A DNA stretch of 64,000 nt from Eledone cirrhosa (taxonomy: Eukaryota), in the NCBI GenBank assembly GCA_964016885.1, contig OZ024745.1:108996001-109060000 (forward strand). Direction: 5' to 3'. This document shows positions 1 to 15,063 of the stretch, in pieces (the stretch's first letter is position 1; each line of letters starts with the position of its first letter). Under the pieces are notes generated by a model. The model worked only from the letters and a program-made list of their open reading frames with translations. It did not search any database and had not been told where the DNA came from. A program made the translations under genes and the position numbers.

Positions 1-309
1 GTTCAAATCCCGCCGAGGTTAACTTTGCCTTTCATCCTTACGGGGGTCGATAAAATAAACTACCAGTAATACATTGGGATAATTGCTGGCCTTGTGCCAA
101 AAGTAGTAACAATTATTACTGTGGATTGGTAGTGTCGGTAGAGGGTCGGACGCCATGCTTTGACGCATAGAGTTACGGCCCTTGCCATTCTGAGTTCAAA
201 TCCCACCGAGGTTAACTTTGCTTTTCATCCTTACGGGGTCGATAAAATAAAGTACCAGTAATGCACTGGGATAATTGCTGGCCTTGTGCCAAAAGTAGAA
301 ACAATTATT
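1..309 (+). mobile_element. Two tandem copies (first cut by window edge) of tRNA-derived SINE family 1 (Meta-domain type)
   Basis: A-box-like tggtagtgtcgg and B box gagttcaaatcc, followed by gcctttcatccttacggggtcgataaaataaagtaccagt (resembles the MetaSINE central domain) and a tgtgccaaaagtagaaac(aattatt) tail. Near-identical copies recur across the window. Confidence 0.85.
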
Positions 310-512
310 GTTGCTTACCTTCAGGACATACCTGATCAAGCAGAGGTACGATATAAGGTGTTCTATAACAATGTTCAGATTTAATGTATCTACAATGACA
401 ATATTTAAACGGATCGTTTTTTGTTTTTTTATCTAGGTGTTATTTTTTGCATTGTGGTCATATTGTAACAATGTAAATATATTTAATTAGATAATGCTCT
501 GTTTTCAACATT

Positions 513-577
<65 letters not shown>

Positions 578-756
578 TTACTTTTAAGAAAAGTATTATT
601 TATCCTCAAATTATAAATAACTAAAATATACCATTTTGGTATTTTCAATAATTTGTTAAATTTATTTGATTTATTTTGTAGTATTGTATGTATTTAATTT
701 TTTTTTTTTTTTAATATATAGAAATTTATTTATGATAAAAACTGTGATAAAAATCC

Positions 757-802
<46 letters not shown>

Positions 803-879
803 AAATAGCTGCGGAGAGCACTTTGCAGGGCGTGTATATGTACAAACAGACTTTTACAATCTCAATATATCGAATGGGG

Positions 880-1038
880 AGAAAATCGACCCCAGTGCAT
901 TACTGGTAGTTTATTTTATCGACTCTGTAAGGGTGAAAATCAAAGCTAACCACGGAATGATTTGAACTCAGAACGTTAAGGGCCATAACTATGCCGCTTA
1001 GCCTGTGGTCCGACGCTCTACCGATTCTGCCAATCCAC
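880..1038 (-). mobile_element. SINE family 1 copy
   Basis: Reverse complement of the family consensus (actggtagtttattttatcgac...tttgaactcag...ctgccaatccac). Confidence 0.8.
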
Positions 1039-2344
1039 ATCTTTGCAGGATTTTATCCAGAGTGTGTATTTGCTTGAGTTTGTGTCTAAAGTGCGTATAT
1101 GTATGTATTTTGTGTTTTGTATGAGTGGATGTATGTGTCTATGTATGTGTCTATGTATATGTGTGTGTCTATGTATGTGTCTATGTATGTGTCTATGTAT
1201 GTGTGTGTGTCTATGTATGTGGCTATGTATGTGTGTGTGTCTCTCTCTCTCTCTTTCTCTCTCTCTGTTGGGCGTGTTTAGTCTACAGGAAGGACACCTA
1301 TGGAGTGCCACTTGGGGTATCTGGGCAGATGGCAGAAATGCGATGCTATGAACAAGTTAAATGGTGGAGTAGGGTGAATTTAGTTGTGTTTGATAAGAAA
1401 TGTCTAGGGATGACAAGAAGGGTTATAACGTTACTGAAGAGTAAAAAATGGGAGGTGGGAATTCAGCATAATTAATTATTTCTCATTCTTTCCTAAACAT
1501 ATTACAGGAATGTAAGTAAATGGACATCCGTCGCTTTCGACAATGTATGTTCCATTTGTTCGATCAACGAAACGCCCACTTGTTAAATTAATATATAAGT
1601 GGCTGAGTATTCCACAGACGGCGTACTTTTAACATAAGGATCATAGAGATTCAGTATGATAAAAGTTGTAATAAAACTGGACTTTTGAATTATAAGTATC
1701 GTCAATGTGGTAGGCTTCCAAACAGTCTCCCCCTACTAAATTTTACTCACAAAGCTTGGCTCAACTGGAACCTATGTTAAAGTAGTGGTATCGAACCCTG
1801 AACCTCCTGGTTACGAAGCGAACTTAACCATTCGGCCATGCTCGAATACACGTGCAACACACAGATACATACATACACATACGCTCTCACACAACTATAC
1901 GTACGAGCTGAAGAAGAAGATACCATGTAGTTGCTTGACCTGCTAGAAACAGCAACCAATGTTTCTTCAAAAACTCATTTTGCCGTTATAAGAAAAGGAC
2001 ACATTGGATAATGGTGTCCTAGTGTCCCTGCATATGTATAGACCGTAACGTGTCATAGAGTCATAGGGGCGCCGTAGTGACATACGGTTTTTCATGGGCT
2101 TTTTAAATATGACGGAGCCTATCTCCAGGTCTGAACGCAGCTGGTTTCTTCCAAAGAAGGGGTGAGAGTGAGATGAGGAAGTGAGAAAGAGATATAGTGG
2201 AAGAATCGTCCCCAGTACTAGACTGGAACTTTTTATCGAGAACGAAAATATGTGAGGCAAAGTCCACCTTGGCAGGATTTGAACTCAAAGAGCCGGAACG
2301 AATACCGCAACGTTCTAAGGGCTCTCCTTCATATTGGAAAAACT

Positions 2345-2540
2345 AAAATAATGTCGACAAGATATCAGCTGATGTATGCAGAAGAAACTGTAATGCTTGT
2401 AATAACATGGGTTGTGGATGGACAATGAGGATTCGATGAAGATATTCTGAATATAGTCTTTGGGGGTGTGTAGTGTAAATAATAGTGGGAGAGAAAGGCC
2501 AAGGAAAACTTAGGTTGAAACGGAGAAGTCTAAGGATATT
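2345..2540 (+). mobile_element. Decayed RTE-clade LINE, C-terminal fragment
   Basis: Translates with stops to MDNEDSMKIF*...SGRERPRKT*VE, matching the RTE C-terminal GHVxRM...GRGRPRKTW motif. Confidence 0.55.
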
Positions 2541-2541
2541 A

Positions 2542-2968
2542 GGCGGTGGATTCTCAGTATCGGTAGAGGGTCGGACGCCATACTTTGCAGCATAGAGTTT
2601 CGTCCCTTTACGGTCTGAGTTCAAATCCCATCAAGTTTAACTTTACCTTTTATCCTTACGGGGTCGATAAAATAAAGTACCAGTTATACACTGAGATAAT
2701 TGGTATTTAGCTCTTAGTCTGCATTGATCGAAGGCATTCCGATCATGACCAAGTATAGTGTTATAGTGTACAGGATCGGACGCCATGCTTTTCAGCACAT
2801 AGTTACGGCCCTTTATTATCTGAGTTCAAATCCCGCCGAGGTTAACTTTGCCTTTCATACTTACGAGGTCGGATAAAATAAAGTACCAGTCACGCACTGG
2901 GGTCGATTTAATCGACTTTCCCCTCCCCCCAAAAATTGCTGGCCTTGTGGCTATAAAAGAAACCGTTA
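2542..2968 (+). mobile_element. Two SINE family 1 copies (short-tail and long-tail variants)
   Basis: Consensus matches at about 2542-2702 and 2770-2968. The second has the gtcgatttaatcgac hairpin plus a C-run. Confidence 0.85.
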
Positions 2969-3416
2969 TAGTGTACACAGAAAACTAGTGCTAGTACGCT
3001 GTCCTAAAGACCTGTACGTATTCAACCCTTGATAGTATTGAGAAGTGGAGACACAAAATGGCGGTGATAATAAAATAATAATGATGGAGAAGACGTGAGG
3101 GGTAGAGGAAGAGGGGGAGAAGAAAGCAATAGATGATTATATGTAAAGTGACAGAGATACAAACATACAAGCGAGGGAATGTTATATAAATACTTTATCA
3201 ATGATTCCCTTCCTTAATTTTGTTGTAGCATCTAATAGAATGTAATATATGTGATTCATCAGCAGATAACATACAATAGAAAGAAAAATAAAACTTTGCC
3301 CCGAAAGTTGTGGGCAGTGTCAACTATACTTGTGTCATATTAACTAAATATACAAAAAAAAAAACACATTACATTATATATATAATATATATCAACACAT
3401 ATAATATATATATATA

Positions 3417-3448
<32 letters not shown>

Positions 3449-3526
3449 CAACACACACACATGTATAAATACATATATACATATATATATATATCTATAT
3501 ATATATCGACACAAACACACATACAT

Positions 3527-3559
<33 letters not shown>

Positions 3560-3741
3560 CACGCACACATACATACACATCCAATTGCAACGCTGATTAC
3601 TTGATTCTGCCACAGGTAACATATATTGTGATGTTTTTTCTACCACTTTATATATTAATAGCTGACAGCTGGTGCACGTATCTATACAGTTATGTATTTA
3701 CATGCACATGTATAAAAGTATGCCTCTGTGTGTGTGTGTGT

Positions 3742-3833
<92 letters not shown>

Positions 3834-3939
3834 CAAATTTGTGCAATATATTAAATAGTATCGTTATTACAGAATTAACGATTCTATCGAAATGTGACTT
3901 CACCTATATTTGCTGTCCATTATATACCCAAATTACGCA

Positions 3940-3978
<39 letters not shown>

Positions 3979-4112
3979 ACATTGACAGATACGCACATCA
4001 TCACATCCCGGGGGCTGGAACAGGTGAAAAACTATATATATATATATATGTATGTATATGTGTATATGTGTGTGTATATATGTATATATATATATGTATG
4101 TATATAAGTATG

Positions 4113-4169
<57 letters not shown>

Positions 4170-4424
4170 ATGTATCTCTCTATATTTACGAATATATATA
4201 TATAGAGAGAGAGAGACGGATTACATTTATCTATTGCTATAGTTGACAAAAACTTAGTGATCTGTTTCAATGAAGAGTATTCCAGTTGGTCTATCAACTG
4301 AAATACCCACTCCCTGAGTATTGGCTGAGTATTCTATGCACGCATTTCTCGGGTAAAATCAGCATGATAAAATGTGTGATAAAACTAGTACTTCGAAATA
4401 CAAATACAAACTATCTTTTATAAT

Positions 4425-5058
4425 GATGATTTCTAATTAAGGTGCAAGGCCAGCAATGAAGGAAGAGAGAAAAGTCGATTACATCAACTCCAGTACTTAA
4501 CTGAAACTTTACTTTATCGACCCCAGAAAGGTAAAAGGCAAAGTTGACCTCGGCGGGATTTGAACTCAAAACTTAAACGAACGCAAAGCTTTGCAGCATT
4601 TAGTCCGACGTTCTAACGATTCTACCAATCTTCCACTCTTACTATCACAGGCACAAGGCCATCAATTACCCAGTGCATTACTGGTACTTTATTTTATCGA
4701 CCCCCGTAAGGATGAAAGGCAAAGTTAACATCGGCGGGATTTGAACTCAGATCGTAAAGGGACGTAACTATGCTAGAAAGCATGGCGTCCGACCCTCTAC
4801 CGATACTGCCAATCCACCGCCATTCACGTATAATAATGACTTCTACTATAGGGACAAGGTCTGCAATTTGGGGGGGGGGAGGGGACAGTCGATTAAATTG
4901 AGTCCAGTGCGTAACTGGTACTTTATTTAATCGACCCCAAAAGGAGGAAAGGGAAAGCTAACCTCGGCGGAATTTGAACTCAGAGCGTAAAGGGCTGTAA
5001 CTCTATGCCGCAAAGCATATTGTCTGACGCTCTACTGATACTGTTAATCCACCGCCCT
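4425..5058 (-). mobile_element. Three head-to-tail SINE family 1 copies
   Basis: Three successive reverse-complement matches at about 4425-4640, 4645-4822 and 4835-5058. Confidence 0.85.
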
Positions 5059-5779
5059 TATATATATAAGGACAAGGTACTCCAGAGACATCGGCCGTTG
5101 AGGTGTGTGTCTGAGTTTTTGTTTGTTGGTTATCTATGCTGTTCGACAAAAAGTGATAGTTAGAATAAGTACCAGATTTGAAACAATAAGTACTGGGATC
5201 AATGTGATCGACTAAATCCATTCTAAGCTGTGCCCCAGTATGGCCGCAGTCTAACCATTGAATCAAGTAAAAGAACAGAAAACTGTAAAATATAAGATGC
5301 CTAAATCATAGTAAAGATTCTTACAAACAAAATATAAAATACAACAAAATATAAAACTATTTGCCACGTTGACTTTCAGCTGACCCTGCCCTTGCTAAGT
5401 TGATTTTGTACAGTTAATTTAAAAATCCACAATGGAACAAAATTACTTTGCCATTAAACATTGAAAAATAGAATAGAAATTAAGAAAAAATTCTCTAAAA
5501 ATTCTATGCAGAGAGAACAAGAGTTGTTTCTTTAGAGAATTATAGGAAACTTTTAAAGAAGGATTTGTGTTTAGAAAAAGGAAAATTATTATTTTTTTTT
5601 AATCTGTATTTTTTTTTTTTATAAGGATTGAGTGCTAATGTGTGTGAAGAAATAGAAGGAAAACAACATCGTACACCTACCCAGAGTTAAAATATAAACA
5701 AACGTTTGCCAGAATAAAGGAATGAGTGAAGGGGTTGAGAGGGATAAGGTGGAGGATAAAATAATCGAAATTTACTTAC

Positions 5780-5840
5780 CTTACTGAGTGGCATGGTTCG
5801 TTGGCTTGTTAACTCATGCCAATGTTGCAAATTAATTGTC

Positions 5841-5886
<46 letters not shown>

Positions 5887-5968
5887 GGTGGTGGTGGTGG
5901 TGGTGGTGGAGCAATGTGCGGGGGGTATAGCCATAGAAATGTAAAAAAATGTTAGCAATGATCAACAT
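5780..5968 (-). CDS. Candidate first coding exon with poly-His ([21 protein letters not shown][25 protein letters not shown])
   Basis: aaacATG start context, 63 open codons, and a perfect AAG|GTAAGT donor at phase 0. No recognisable domain; could be chance. Confidence 0.25.
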
Positions 5969-6034
5969 GTTTGGAAGAAATAACGTAAGAAATAAGTATA
6001 ACGTAAAAATACACACACACACACACATACACAC

Positions 6035-6069
<35 letters not shown>

Positions 6070-6246
6070 TATATATATATATACACACACACATATATAT
6101 ATATATACACACACACACATATATATATATATATACACACACACACATATATATATATATATACACACACACACATATATATATATATATACACACACAC
6201 ACATATATATATATATATACACACACACACATATATATATATATAT

Positions 6247-6345
<99 letters not shown>

Positions 6346-6429
6346 TATATATATATATATAATGTTTTCGAACAGTAACTACTGGAACAAATCAGTGACG
6401 GAATAAACAACAAAAATGACAATCACGAT

Positions 6430-7430
6430 GGTGATGATGATGATGATGAATGGGGGTGGTGGTGGTGATGATGATGATGAATGGGGGTGGTGGTGGTGAT
6501 GATGATGATGAATGGGGGTGGTGGTGGTGATGATGATGATGAATGCGGGTGGTGGTGATGATGATGATGATGAATGGGGGTGGGGGTGGTGATGATGATG
6601 ATGAATGGGGGTGGGGGTGGTGATGATGATGATGAATGGGGGTGGTGGTGGTGATGATGATGTGAATGGGGGTGGGGGGGGGGGGTGATGAATGGGGGGG
6701 GTGGTGGTGATGATGATGATGAATGGGGGTGGTGGTGGTGATGATGATGATGAATGGGGGTGGTGGTGGTAATGATGATGATGAATGGGGGTGGTGGTGG
6801 TGATGATGATGATGAATGGGGGTGGTGGTGGTGATGATGATGATGAATGGGGGTGGTGGTGGTGATGATGATGATGAATGGGGGTGGGGGTGGTGATGAT
6901 GATGATGAATGGGGGTGGTGGTGATGATGATGATGATGAATGGGGGTGGGGGGGGTGATGATGATGATGAATGGGGGTGGTGGTGGTGATGATGATGATG
7001 AATGGGGGTGGTGGTGGTGATGATGATGATGAATGGGGGTGGGGGTGGTGATGATGATGATGAATGGGGGTGGGGGTGATGATGATGATGATGAATGGGG
7101 GTGGTGGTGGTGATGATGATGATGAATGGGGGTGGTGGTGGTGATGATGATGATGAATGGGGGTGGTGGTGGTGATGATGATGATGAATGGGGGTGGTGG
7201 TGGTGATGATGATGATGAATGGGGGTGGTGGTGGTGATGATGATGATGAATGGGGGTGGTGGTGGTGATGATGATGATGAATGGGGGTGGTGGTGGTGAT
7301 GATGATGAATGGGGGTGGGGTGATGATGATGTGAATGGGGGTGGGGGGGGGGGGTGAATGGGGGTGGTGGTGATGATGATGTGAATGAGGGTGGGGGTGG
7401 GGGTGATGATGTGAATGGGGGTGGTGGTGA
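6430..7430. repeat. G-rich minisatellite, 31-bp unit gaatgggggtggtggtggtgatgatgatgat, about 30 copies
   Basis: Period of 31 read directly (gaa at 6448, 6479, ...). Confidence 0.95.
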
Positions 7431-7439
7431 CGTCAACGA

Positions 7440-8010
7440 CAGCGATTACGATGGTTATAATGAGGGCGGTGAGGACGACAGCGATGATGATTAGGATGAT
7501 GGTGGTGGTGGTGGTGGTGGTGGTGGTGGTAGTGGTGGTGGTGGTGGTGGTTACGATGATGATGATGGTGATGGTGGTGATGGCGATGAGGAAGGGTGAT
7601 GGTGGTGATGATGGTGGTAGTGGCGGTGATGATCAAGGTGAAGGAGATGGTGGTGGTGATGGCGGTAGGTGGTGATGGCGGTGGTGGTGATGACAGTGAT
7701 GGTGATCATCAAGGTGATGATCATGCTGATGATGGTGGTTGTGGTGGTGGTTGTGGTGATGATGATGATTAAGGTGATGGGGATGGTGGTGGTGGTGATG
7801 ATCAAGATGATGATGATGATGATGGTGGTGGTCAAGGTGATGGTGATGATGATGACGGTAGTAGTGATGCTAATGGCAATGTTTATAGGTGGCGCTGATA
7901 CTGATGATGATGATAAAGAGGAGGAAGATAACGAAGGCGATGACGATGATGATGACGATGATGGTGATGATGATGGTGATGATGATGGTGATGATGATGA
8001 TGGTGATTTT
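7440..8010. repeat. Degenerate GGT/GAT trinucleotide array
   Basis: Direct reading. Confidence 0.9.
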
Positions 8011-8129
8011 AAAAAAAATAACAGCAATTAATGTGTCATGAAATTTAATGTCTAGTATTTTCATGGAAACATTTGTTGTTGTTGTTATTGTTGTTGTTAT
8101 CATTGTTACTTGTAAACATGATCATAAAT

Positions 8130-9040
8130 ATACACACATACTCCAATACACACGCACATACACACATACAGATATCTATACATACTCCAATACACACGGA
8201 CATATACACATGCACACATCCACATATACACAGGCACATACACACATACGCACATGCATACATACCCCAATACACACGGACATATACACATGCACACATG
8301 CATACATACGCCAATACACAGGCACATACACACATACACACATACACACATACCCCAATACACAGGCACATACACACATACACACATACACACATGGATA
8401 CATACCCCAATACACAGGCACATACACACATACACACATGCATACATACCCCAATACACAGGCACATACACACATACGCACATGCATACATACCCCGATA
8501 CACAGGCACATACACACATACACACATACACACATGCATACATACGCCAATACACAGGCACATACACACATACACACATACACACATGCATACATACCCC
8601 AATACACAGGCACATACACACATACGCACATGCATACATACCCCAATACACAGGCACATACACACATACACACATGCATACATACCCCAATACACAGGCA
8701 CATACACACATACACACATGCATACATACCCCAATACACAGGCACATACACACATGCACAAATCCACATACACACATACTTCAATACACAGGCACATTCA
8801 CACATCCACACATACACACATGCACGCACCCACACACATACACACATACACACACATACACACATACACACATTCACACATACACACAATACACACATCC
8901 ACACATACACACAATACACACATACACACACATACACACATATACACACATACACACATACACACATACACACATACACACAACCACACATACACACAAT
9001 ACACACAATACACACAATATCTACAATATATACACACATA
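8130..9040. repeat. CA-rich minisatellite (core cataccccaatacacaggcacatacacac), variable unit about 40-55 bp
   Basis: Repeated core separated by variable (cataca)n. Confidence 0.9.
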
Positions 9041-9545
9041 AATTTAGCAGCAGTGAAATTCAGTTTTGTCAATTAGTTGATTGGAGACTAGTTTGATTTG
9101 GTCACTATGATTTTCTATAATGTGATCTCAGTACTGATGAGTTAAATGCTGGCTTAGTAAACAGGTCAAACAGAAGTGAACCTATTTCAATTGGTCATTA
9201 AAGAAAATAGTTTTAGTTTTAATTTGAAGTTTCGTTTCGTTTGAAAGGCTCTCTCTTATCATCTTTTGTCTTCAACACTACATAATTGACCCAACACCAT
9301 TATTTTAAAGACAAAAACAGTTACGTTGGATTGACTTTTTTTTTAGTTTTTTTAATTTTTTAGTTTTTAATTTTGTTGTTTTGTTGCTTTTGTTGTTTTT
9401 GTTGTTTTGTTGCTTTTGTTGTTTTGTTGCTTTTGTTGATTTGTTGCTTTTGTTTGTGTTATTGCTTTTTTTTTTTTTCAATTATGGTGATTTATATTTA
9501 TAACATTTTTTAAAAATAAATTTTGTCTTTCTGTTTTGTTTCATT

Positions 9546-9587
<42 letters not shown>

Positions 9588-9790
9588 GACATACACACAC
9601 ACAGACATACAGACACATACACACACATATATACAGACGCGTACACATACACACACACATACAGACACATTCATATACACATACACACAAACAAACACAC
9701 ATACATACAGACATACATAGACATATACAGACATACACACATACATACACATATACAGACACACACACACATACATACATTCATACATAC

Positions 9791-10489
9791 ATGATGGCTG
9801 CCCCTCGTTATCAAGTATGGCTATTGCACGATACACCATTATTAATAATTATTAATTAATTCTATCGTGCAATGCCTGTGCGTGAAGATATTTTTTTAAA
9901 GTGAGGAAAGACTGTGTACTGAGCCAATCCCACTCTCTGAGCGACACTAGCTATAACCCGAAAAGAAGAAAAGATCAACACCATCGGTAACTACCTAGCC
10001 GCAGGTTTTATATCGGAGTTATCCCAGTTTCCTGAGTTGCCTTCTCTTAGAACAAAGGTTCTCAACCCATTTTGCCCCTCGAAATCACGAAACGCCCCCC
10101 TCCCCCACACACACACCCTATTTTTCTATCTTTCAATATACTACTGATTTTGATATCAGTAGATTACTGGGCCAAATCAAGTTTAGAATCTTTAAAAAAT
10201 ACTCGTACGAATTAAATACAAAATAGTTTCAGTCCAAAACAAAAGCAAGCTATTTCAAATTATATATTTTTGAAATAAAAAAGAAAGATTTGATCTCAGT
10301 CGAAAAGCTTATGAGTTCTTCCGCCCTTTGTCAGGTTTTGTTTTTTGTCCTGCAGGGTGTTCCAAATCCTCCTCCTTACCAAGTAAACTTGGTGGGGTTG
10401 CCGGTTTAGTCGCCGACGACGACGACCCGACCATGCGACAGGTTGTACTGGGTTTCATGTTACCAGTAGCACTCAAGAGTGACCCGACA
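9791..10489 (-). mobile_element. Non-coding interspersed repeat, probably an RTE-derived non-autonomous element; middle replaced by other sequence
   Basis: Reverse-complement match to 59633-60259 over both ends. Both copies are flanked by (CATA/TATG)n. The ttctaRgagaaggcaactc motif resembles RTE 5' UTR motifs. Confidence 0.65.
10052..10300 (+). mobile_element. Possible hAT-Charlie-like MITE fragment inside the repeat above
   Basis: Begins caaaggttctcaacc (resembling the CAGNGGTTCTCAAC terminus) where similarity to the 59633 copy breaks. No right TIR seen. Confidence 0.35.
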
Positions 10490-11639
10490 TACATACATAC
10501 ATACATACATAGAGACACATATACACACATACATATACACATACACACACATACACAGACATACAGACACACACACATACATTCACATACACACACACAT
10601 ACATACACACACATATACACACTCAAACACGCATACACACACATACATACACACACATACACACCCTCACACAGACACAGACATACAGACACATACGCAT
10701 CCTCATACACACACACAGATATACACAGACACATACCCATACATACACACAAGCAAATAATAATGGTTTTAGATGGATAAATAAATAACTGGAATATTAT
10801 ATGTCCAAAGTCTTATGGGATGAGTTCGAATCTTGAATCAGGCATTGTTTCATTTATTTATTTACTTTAATTTGAAATGAGGGGGGGGGGGGTAAGGGAC
10901 GGGGAAGAGGGGTGAAAGAGAGGGGGAGTGTTGGTTGTGAGAGAGAGGAAGGGTGAGAGAGGGGGTGAGAGAGAGGACGGGGGTGATAGGGGGAGGCATG
11001 GGGAGGAAGGGGTGAGAGAGGGGGTATGGGGAGGCAGGGGTGAGAGAGAGGGAGGGATGGAGGGAGGGGTGGGTGGGTGATGGAGGAGGGGTGAGAGAAA
11101 ATGGGGAGGGGTGATAGAAAGAGGGAGGGTGAGAGAGAGGGGGACGGATGGGGGTGAAAGAGAGAGAGAGAGAGAGGAAGAGATGGTGTGAAAGAGAGAG
11201 GGAGGTAGGGTGAAAGAGAAGGAGGGAGGGACTGGCAAATACAGTGACTTTTATACCGTTTAATGTTTGTGTCGTAGTGAAATGTGTTCAGTTTAGAGAT
11301 AGGGTGGCTAACCCAGGTGGAATTGCGGTAGACTATCAAATAAAAACCTATTAACATAGGAGACAACGAGAGACACTATGAACTCGATCTGTTAAAACTA
11401 GCAACAAAATCTTCCTCAAATCATAATTTATAATCTTATTAAAGAGGACACATTGACTAACGTAGGCGGAGATAAACAATGAATTTAAGTATGGCCGAGG
11501 TTAATTTTGCCTCTCATCTTTAAATAATGTATAAGTCAATAAATAATGTATCAGTCACGTATTGAGGGAACGATAAAAACAACTGTAGACTTAACCTAAC
11601 ATTTCTGGCTTTGTGCCAATATTAGAAACAATAATATTG

Positions 11640-11834
11640 GTAGTGGAGTGGCCAGAATCAGAGAGCCGAATAAAATGACTTGCAATATTTATTTCAGGGT
11701 TTTTCGCTACGATTTCAAATTCTGTTGAGGTTGACTTTGCAGCTCATCCTTCTGAGGTCGATAAAATAATCTACCAGTAATGCACTGAGGGCGATTTAAT
11801 CGACTCCCCACACCAACATAAAAAAAAAATAAAT

Positions 11835-11866
<32 letters not shown>

Positions 11867-12484
11867 AATTCTGGCCTTGTGCCTATAGTAGAAATCGTCA
11901 TTCTTATCAGTGGATTGGCAGAATCGGTAGAGTGTCGAACACTCTGCCTCGTGGTATAGAGTTAGGTTCCTTTACGTTCTGAGTTCAAATCCCGCCGAGG
12001 TTTCCTTTGTCTTTCTTCTATACGGGGTCGATAAAATAAAGCACCAGTAACGCACTGGGGTCGATGCAATTGACACCCCCCTCCACCCACCCACCCAAAA
12101 AAATTGTTGGCCTTGTGCCTAAATCAGACAACAATATTATTATCGTTAATTACAAAAGTACAACAAACAGTTCTCATAATACAGTACCAGTAATATATGG
12201 TGATTAAATTCAATCAGTGATTCACGTAGCTTTCAATAATCAACATTATATATAAAAATGAGTATTCACTTATCTTCATTATTTCAATTTAAAGGGCGGT
12301 GAATTGGCAGTATCGGTAGAGGGTCGGACGCCATGCTTTCCAGCATAGTTACGTCCCTTTACGATCTGAGTTCAAATCCCGCCGAGGTTGACTTTGCCTT
12401 TCATCCTTACGGGGTCGATAAAATAAAGTACCAGTAATGCACTGGGTAATTGCTGGCCTTGTGCCTAAAGTAGAAACAATTATT
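11640..12484 (+). mobile_element. Cluster of three SINE family 1 copies; the last (about 12293-12484) has a target-site duplication
   Basis: Consensus matches; attatttcaatttaaa flanks both sides of the last copy. Confidence 0.85.
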
Positions 12485-13677
12485 TCAATTTAAACCTAAG
12501 TTTCACATAAGTCCAATTGCTATCTTTGTTATTATTTCACACGGGTCAATCAATCCTGATTGAAAATGGCGAATTGGCAGAATCTTTAGAGTGCCAGATT
12601 AAAAATGCCTCGGTAATTGTTCCGACCTACTGTGCTCTGGGAATAACTTTGCCTTTCATCCTTTCAAGGTCGATAAAGTACCACTCCAGTACTAGGATTG
12701 GTTCTTTTCCCTTCTTTCCGGAAGAAACCGGCTGTGTTCCGACTTGGAGAATTATGGCCTCTACCGTATCTTAAATACCCAAGACACACCATGTATCAGG
12801 ACAACTCCATCAAGAATTTAGGTCCCTACGACTCCACCAAAAATTAAAGATCAACCCATTACTTATTTTTTACAACCCTAATTGACCAAACCTATTATCA
12901 AAAGCCCCTTCCAATTATGATCATCACATCACGTCGTTGTTTTTCACTATACCAAGTGCTAAATTATCTAATGTGCCTTTCTTTGTTTAAAACAGTGTAG
13001 TTTTATTCAGGACTGCCGCATTGGTTCACTGGCACAGTTGACTAAGTATATGGAAGAGGGTACATATTTCTCCGTGTCTCTTCATCTGCCATCATCTTCA
13101 ACTTAGACCAACCCATTGGATCATCTGAATTGACAGTTCAATCCAAACTATAGAAATATGAGAAATCAGATGTGACAGATAAAAGAACAAAGAATGATAA
13201 CAATAAATATAGTAAAACACACACACACACACACACAAAATGATATTAATAGAATATATCCTTACATATATTAACCTTACTAATAGCCCCCTTCCCTCCC
13301 CCTCCCCTACTTCCCAAAAGAGCAACAAAATCATTGGGTTTCACTGGAATGTTTTTATAAGACAATGCGTATTTTTTTTTTTTTATAGCAGGTTACAAAG
13401 GATGCACGGAAAACGTTGACACTCCGAAAGAAATGATAAATGTAAAGTGAATTTAATAGTTTGTGGACTTCTTGAATAGCTAACTTGACTCGTCCAGGAT
13501 ATAATTGCTTTTTATAATGAATATTATCAAAGGTTTCTTTGAAGAAATGATCAACTGACATTTACCAAAAATGTGCTTTTGTTTTCTTGAGTTTTATGTA
13601 TTTATATTATATTTATTTCATTTTCATTGATTGGTTTACTATTATTATCATTATTATTATTATCATTATTATTAATA

Positions 13678-14055
13678 GGGCGGTGGATTGTCAGTATCGG
13701 AGGAGCGTCGGACAACACGCTTTATGGGTCGATAAAATAAAGTACCAGTCACGCACTGGGTCAATTTAATCGACTATCCCCTCTCCCAAAATTGTGCCCA
13801 TATAAGAAACTATTATTATTATTATTATTAGGGCGGTGGATTGGCAGTATCGGTAGAGCGTCAGACAGCATGCTTTATGGCATAGAGTTACGGCCCTTTG
13901 TGGCCTGATTGCAAATCCTGCCGAAGTTAGCTTGGCCTTTCATCCTTACGGGGTCGATAAAATAAAGCACCAGTAATGTACTGGGGTCGATTTAATCGAC
14001 TTTCCCCCCTCCCCTTCATATTGCTGGCCTTGTGCCTATAGTAGAAACAATTATT
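13678..14055 (+). mobile_element. Two SINE family 1 copies, the first internally deleted
   Basis: Consensus matches separated by an (att)n tail. Confidence 0.8.
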
Positions 14056-14057
14056 AA

Positions 14058-14091
<34 letters not shown>

Positions 14092-14519
14092 TTGCGGGTC
14101 AAAGTAAACAGAAGACAAAGGAATGGTTAAGTTTGCAGGTGAAAAATGATACATTCTACTAGATAAGCACAGCAAGAAATTATAGCTTTCTCAAATTGGA
14201 AACAGACAAGTAAATTTCGGGGTGTGTGTGTTTATAATAATAGCAGTAGATACTCCGGCCATTACTACTATACTGGGGGACGTATAAATCTAATTTGTAG
14301 AGTACATTATTAGTTTGAAATCTATCATCTACTATCTTCGGCAGAGATAATATACCCAGTACTTTGGGAGACACTGTCAATGTATTTTACTGACGGGACT
14401 AAATACTATCCATCCATTATAACTATCACACCAGACAATGATTCATTCTGACTTTCACCATTTGAATTATGCGTGTCCGAGATAATACAGTTGCAACGTT
14501 GCGCAGCATTTGTACTTAC

Positions 14520-14564
14520 CAATCTTATCTGCTATTTAAAGTATTCATAAATACTGAACCCACG
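14520..14564 (-). other. Candidate 45-nt non-coding (UTR) exon
   Basis: Acceptor tctcttgcag| and donor G|GTAAGTA in unique sequence; stops in all three frames. Confidence 0.25.
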
Positions 14565-14879
14565 CTGCAAGAGACGACACAATCTGCTATCAAATTCAAT
14601 GTGCAACAGCTGTGTTATTTAATTTTATTCTTTCGTTTTTTTTTTGTTTTTTGTTGTTGTTTGTTTGTTTGTTTGTGGGTGTGTGTGTGTGTGTGTTTTG
14701 GGGAGGGAGGGGGGGGGGGGGCAAATGTTTGCTTGTTTGTTTTTATATCTTGCCTATTTCATGTCCTTTCATAAAATAGGAGAAAGAAGAAAGACCAGAA
14801 ATGATGCAGTTTTAAAGTCGACTAAAGACCAGAAATATGGTAATGAAATTGTAGCCAGTAGAACCATTGCTGTTAGTGA

Positions 14880-15016
14880 TAACGATGATGATGATGATGA
14901 TGATGATGATGAAGAAGGATGATGATGATGATGAAGAAGGATGATGTAGATGAGGCTGTTCTGAATAATGGAAACGAAGTATAATAATCTTGCTCCACCT
15001 CCTCCTCCTCCTCATC

Positions 15017-15063
<47 letters not shown>

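Noticed and set aside
12293-12400. tRNA gene
   Set aside because: The A and B boxes belong to the SINE head; the spacing and lack of a cloverleaf do not fit a tRNA, and the sequence continues into the SINE body.
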